This document shows positions 23,431 through 25,843 of a stretch of 25,843 bases of DNA, in pieces. The notes beneath the pieces are model-generated. The model saw nothing but the letters and a program-made list of their open reading frames with translations. It had not been told where the DNA came from and did not search any database. Each line of letters opens with the position of its first letter. Positions within the stretch are counted from its first letter, which is position 1. The position numbers and the translations under genes were made by a program. The stretch is taken from IMG/VR virus record IMGVR_UViG_3300020397_000579, positions 1 to 25,843 of that record; one strand, written 5' to 3'. Source of the DNA: a virus. Taxonomy: Duplodnaviria; Caudoviricetes.

Positions 23431-23838
23431 TTAAGAGGTTCCTAAAATTATAGCGCGGAATCTCATGATTCCGTGTCTGGTGATCCCGTCTGGATCGCGC
23501 ATTACATCTGAAAATTCAAATCTACAGTTGACAAGATTGAAACCTGTCACTGTTAGACTTGAATCATGCAATAAACTGTGAATCCTGTCCATTATATTCT
23601 TTGTTTCGGCTGAACCAAACTGTCTTGACCACACATGAATAACCAAGGTTGTATCGCTTCCGGCCAAGTCTTTGGTGCTAAAATCTACGACATTATCATC
23701 GCCTATTTGCACCACTGGATAGTTTGTGCCGCTAGGCACTTCGTCTTGTACTGTAGCCCCTAAAGTTGAGGTCAAGTTATTGTCGGTGCTTAAAGCCGTG
23801 AATATAGCGGTTTGAAGTGCTGTTTGTCCTACGCTCAC
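23431..23838 (-). CDS. Tail terminator (DUF3168)
   Basis: ALQ.AIF.AL, YP.V.IG, IHVWS...G..E.K.I, DPDG.TRHG..RFRA. Confidence 0.9.
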   Translation of the reverse strand: MSVGQTALQTAIFTALSTDNNLTSTLGATVQDEVPSGTNYPVVQIGDDNVVDFSTKDLAGSDTTLVIHVWSRQFGSAETKNIMDRIHSLLHDSSLTVTGFNLVNCRFEFSDVMRDPDGITRHGIMRFRAIILGTS

Positions 23839-24248
23839 AATAACCCTTCTCTCATAAATATCTTTCTTATCTTGTTTTGAGACTTTCTCAATGCTGGTTG
23901 CAAAAATGGCCTTGCCGCCATCGTAGTTGTGCCAAATTCAAGAGCGGCAGAATAAGGGGCTGAAGAAATTACTTTTCCCACTTTATTAGAAACCTCTTGC
24001 GTGATTTGGCTGACCAAGAATCCTGTATCGCTTGCGGGTGCCTCACCAGCCGAACTAGCTATGTGTTCTCTTCGTGGTTGATATTTTTGGTAAGTTATTC
24101 CAGATTTATTGCCTGATACGATGGATTTCACTGCTTCATCTATTACTTCGTTGCAAGCAAGAAAAAGTGCGCGGTTTATTTTTTTGGTTGCTTTAGAGCC
24201 AAAGCGTTCAACGATACGAACTCCAACTTGTTTAGCATTGTCCGTCAT
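23835..24248 (-). CDS. HK97 gp10-like neck protein
   Basis: AS..GEAPASDTG.L, Y...LEFGT..MAARPFL.PA. Confidence 0.9.
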   Translation of the reverse strand: MTDNAKQVGVRIVERFGSKATKKINRALFLACNEVIDEAVKSIVSGNKSGITYQKYQPRREHIASSAGEAPASDTGFLVSQITQEVSNKVGKVISSAPYSAALEFGTTTMAARPFLQPALRKSQNKIRKIFMREGLL

Positions 24249-24586
24249 GCCGCCACGCCCCTTTCTCCGCGAATCACGATGTATCTGTTTCGCTCGTCCA
24301 GATTAATGCTTGAAATAATATTATATACCTTTGAGTTGTATAATATTCTTTTCGTTGGGTCTACTGTCTTATCGCTTCTGTACCGAATGACAAAATCAAA
24401 AATGATTGTTTCCGTAAGCTGGCCCTGAAGGAAGGGATCTTGGCCGCGCAATGGTTTGACATAGGCCATAGCTGTAAAGTCCGTTGAATAGGCTTTGGTG
24501 AACCCTCCGGCCCCATCTGCTGTCCTTGCTTCAACCTGTATTGTAATAAGCTCTCTCATTGAGCCTATCCCATAATCTACAGCCAT
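24245..24586 (-). CDS. Head closure / head-tail joining protein (SPP1 gp16-like)
   Basis: IG.MR..ITIQ.....DG.GG, IRYR, RI.Y....YNI. Confidence 0.88.
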   Translation of the reverse strand: MAVDYGIGSMRELITIQVEARTADGAGGFTKAYSTDFTAMAYVKPLRGQDPFLQGQLTETIIFDFVIRYRSDKTVDPTKRILYNSKVYNIISSINLDERNRYIVIRGERGVAA

Positions 24587-24589
24587 AAT

Positions 24590-25252
24590 TTACCCCAAAG
24601 CTGAGAATTTAGATCCTGCCAAACCGTCCAACACTTTAAATCTTGCGTATAACTGCTTGACCATTGGCGGCACGTTTATCGTTTCTTGGTAATTCTTCAT
24701 ATCTCCCCTTTGGTCATACATATAAGCGATGTGCATCAACATACCAACCTTTATATCTTGGGGAACTGCCGCCGCCGCACCATATCCCGCGACATACTTT
24801 ATTTCAACGGCGTTTGCAACTCTAAGAGCCGTCGGGAAGGTCTCACCAGTTCTTAAAACGATTCTTGCGGGTTCCCTCACCTTATCCAAATAATATTTTG
24901 AAGCGGCAAAAGTCGTTGCATTGTCGCTGTCATCATAAGTCTTTATGTGGGTTACTGATTGAACTGGCGGGCTGGGGAGAACTATGTAATTTTTATAAAA
25001 ATTTATATCTGGCTTGTCATAAATCCCTTCGTAAATGGGATCATTAACGTCATTAACGTCATCAAGGAAAAGTGTAAGCGTTTGTGTAAGGACGCTCCGG
25101 CCTGTGTAGCTTTCAAAAAATCTTCTTGCCGCTACCCTTAAAAGCTGAAGCGTTGCAAGTTCGTTAACATCATCAACCCTTAGATAATTTCGTATTTCCG
25201 CTTCTGTTAGCGTTTCTCCTGTCGGGGCGGTGGTAATTTCCAAACCAGACAT
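24590..25252 (-). CDS. Head-tail connector/adaptor (gp6/gp15-like)
   Basis: E.LT..E...YLRVD, AAR...E.YTGR....QT, PPVQSV, I.YVAGYG....VP..IK. Confidence 0.88.
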   Translation of the reverse strand: MSGLEITTAPTGETLTEAEIRNYLRVDDVNELATLQLLRVAARRFFESYTGRSVLTQTLTLFLDDVNDVNDPIYEGIYDKPDINFYKNYIVLPSPPVQSVTHIKTYDDSDNATTFAASKYYLDKVREPARIVLRTGETFPTALRVANAVEIKYVAGYGAAAAVPQDIKVGMLMHIAYMYDQRGDMKNYQETINVPPMVKQLYARFKVLDGLAGSKFSALG

Positions 25253-25260
25253 TTTGCCTC

Positions 25261-25491
25261 CTAGCTAAAAATTTGTGTCCCCTTTGGAACCATCTTTGGA
25301 ACGCAATACGATGTCACGTTCTGCTGTCTATAGTATGGCCTGTCAGTTGGTGACCATTTCCCTTGCTCTATTGCTGAACTAAAGATATTACAGCGATAGA
25401 TTGACCGAAATAACATCCTATTATCCGACACAATTTCATTATCCACAACCACAACGAGCAAAAATGCCATCAACATTTGAATCTTCCGCAC
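25261..25491 (-). CDS. Small hypothetical protein
   Basis: 76-aa ORF with hydrophobic N-terminus and two Cys (F.SI..C ... YCVP); start may be 25476 or 25470. Confidence 0.6.
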   Translation of the reverse strand: MRKIQMLMAFLLVVVVDNEIVSDNRMLFRSIYRCNIFSSAIEQGKWSPTDRPYYRQQNVTSYCVPKMVPKGTQIFS

Positions 25492-25843
25492 TTCCTCATA
25501 TTACGCTGACGTTCTTTGGCCTGTTCTAACCGTTGTTTGGCCGAATCAATTTTCCGTTCCATGACGGCATCATAAACGTACCAACTCGCCCAACCCACAA
25601 AAGCTATAGAACAAATGATATAAAGGACAGCAAGACGCTCTTTCATTTTCCGTTGTCGTTCTTTACGTTTCTTGTGGATGTCTTTTAGATATTGCTGATG
25701 TGAGCGTTCACTCTCCTTTCGTATGCGCTCCGCGTCCTTCCATACGCTAGACATCCCAAGCATCATAAGGTGATCTTTTATTTTGGTCTCTACAGCCTTG
25801 ATTTCTCTACGTTTAATAGAGAGATCCATCGCTTCTTTCGGGG
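25470..25843 (-). CDS. Hypothetical membrane protein (probably 5'-truncated)
   Basis: Frame open to window end; coiled coil plus one TM helix. Confidence 0.6.
   Translation of the reverse strand, partial: PKEAMDLSIKRREIKAVETKIKDHLMMLGMSSVWKDAERIRKESERSHQQYLKDIHKKRKERQRKMKERLAVLYIICSIAFVGWASWYVYDAVMERKIDSAKQRLEQAKERQRNMRKCGRFKC

Noticed and set aside
19464-25252. Gene transfer agent cluster
   Set aside because: Tail genes are GTA-like, but linked replication, recombination, early and lysis modules indicate a true phage.
1-25843. CRISPR array, DGR/retron, integrase, IS element, alternative genetic code
   Set aside because: No repeat-spacer array, reverse transcriptase, recombinase or transposase motifs seen; genes read intact in the standard code. 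The Cas4-like nuclease is in a recombination context.

Overview
Fragment of a tailed dsDNA phage genome (siphovirus with an HK97/GTA-like neck and tail module; spanins imply a Gram-negative host). Left to right: the 5' end of terminase large subunit and terminase small subunit; a leftward replication operon (Cro-like HTH, lambda-O-like HTH initiator with internal iterons, T7 gp4/Twinkle-like primase-helicase, DUF559-like nuclease); a rightward recombination operon (PD-(D/E)XK exonuclease, putative annealase, 2H phosphoesterase, DUF736-like protein, DUF968-like protein); an early accessory region with sigma70-type promoters; a lysis cassette (overlapped spanins, class-3 lipase, EF-hand membrane protein, micropeptide, GH24 lysozyme); and tail and neck genes. 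Main signals not in the ORF track: (1) a complete type I hammerhead ribozyme with a pseudoknot at 9031-9091 (- strand), in a genome that also encodes a 2',3'-cyclic-phosphodiesterase-like 2H protein; (2) a multi-stem structured RNA at 6386-6530 ahead of the DUF736-like gene; (3) a 15-bp palindrome AACCC-N5-GGGTT at five sites in four promoter regions; (4) an exact 23-bp repeat just upstream of both the initiator start and a lysis micro-ORF; (5) a probable CTG start for the lipase; (6) a -1 tail-chaperone frameshift. All calls were made by eye; no searches were run.
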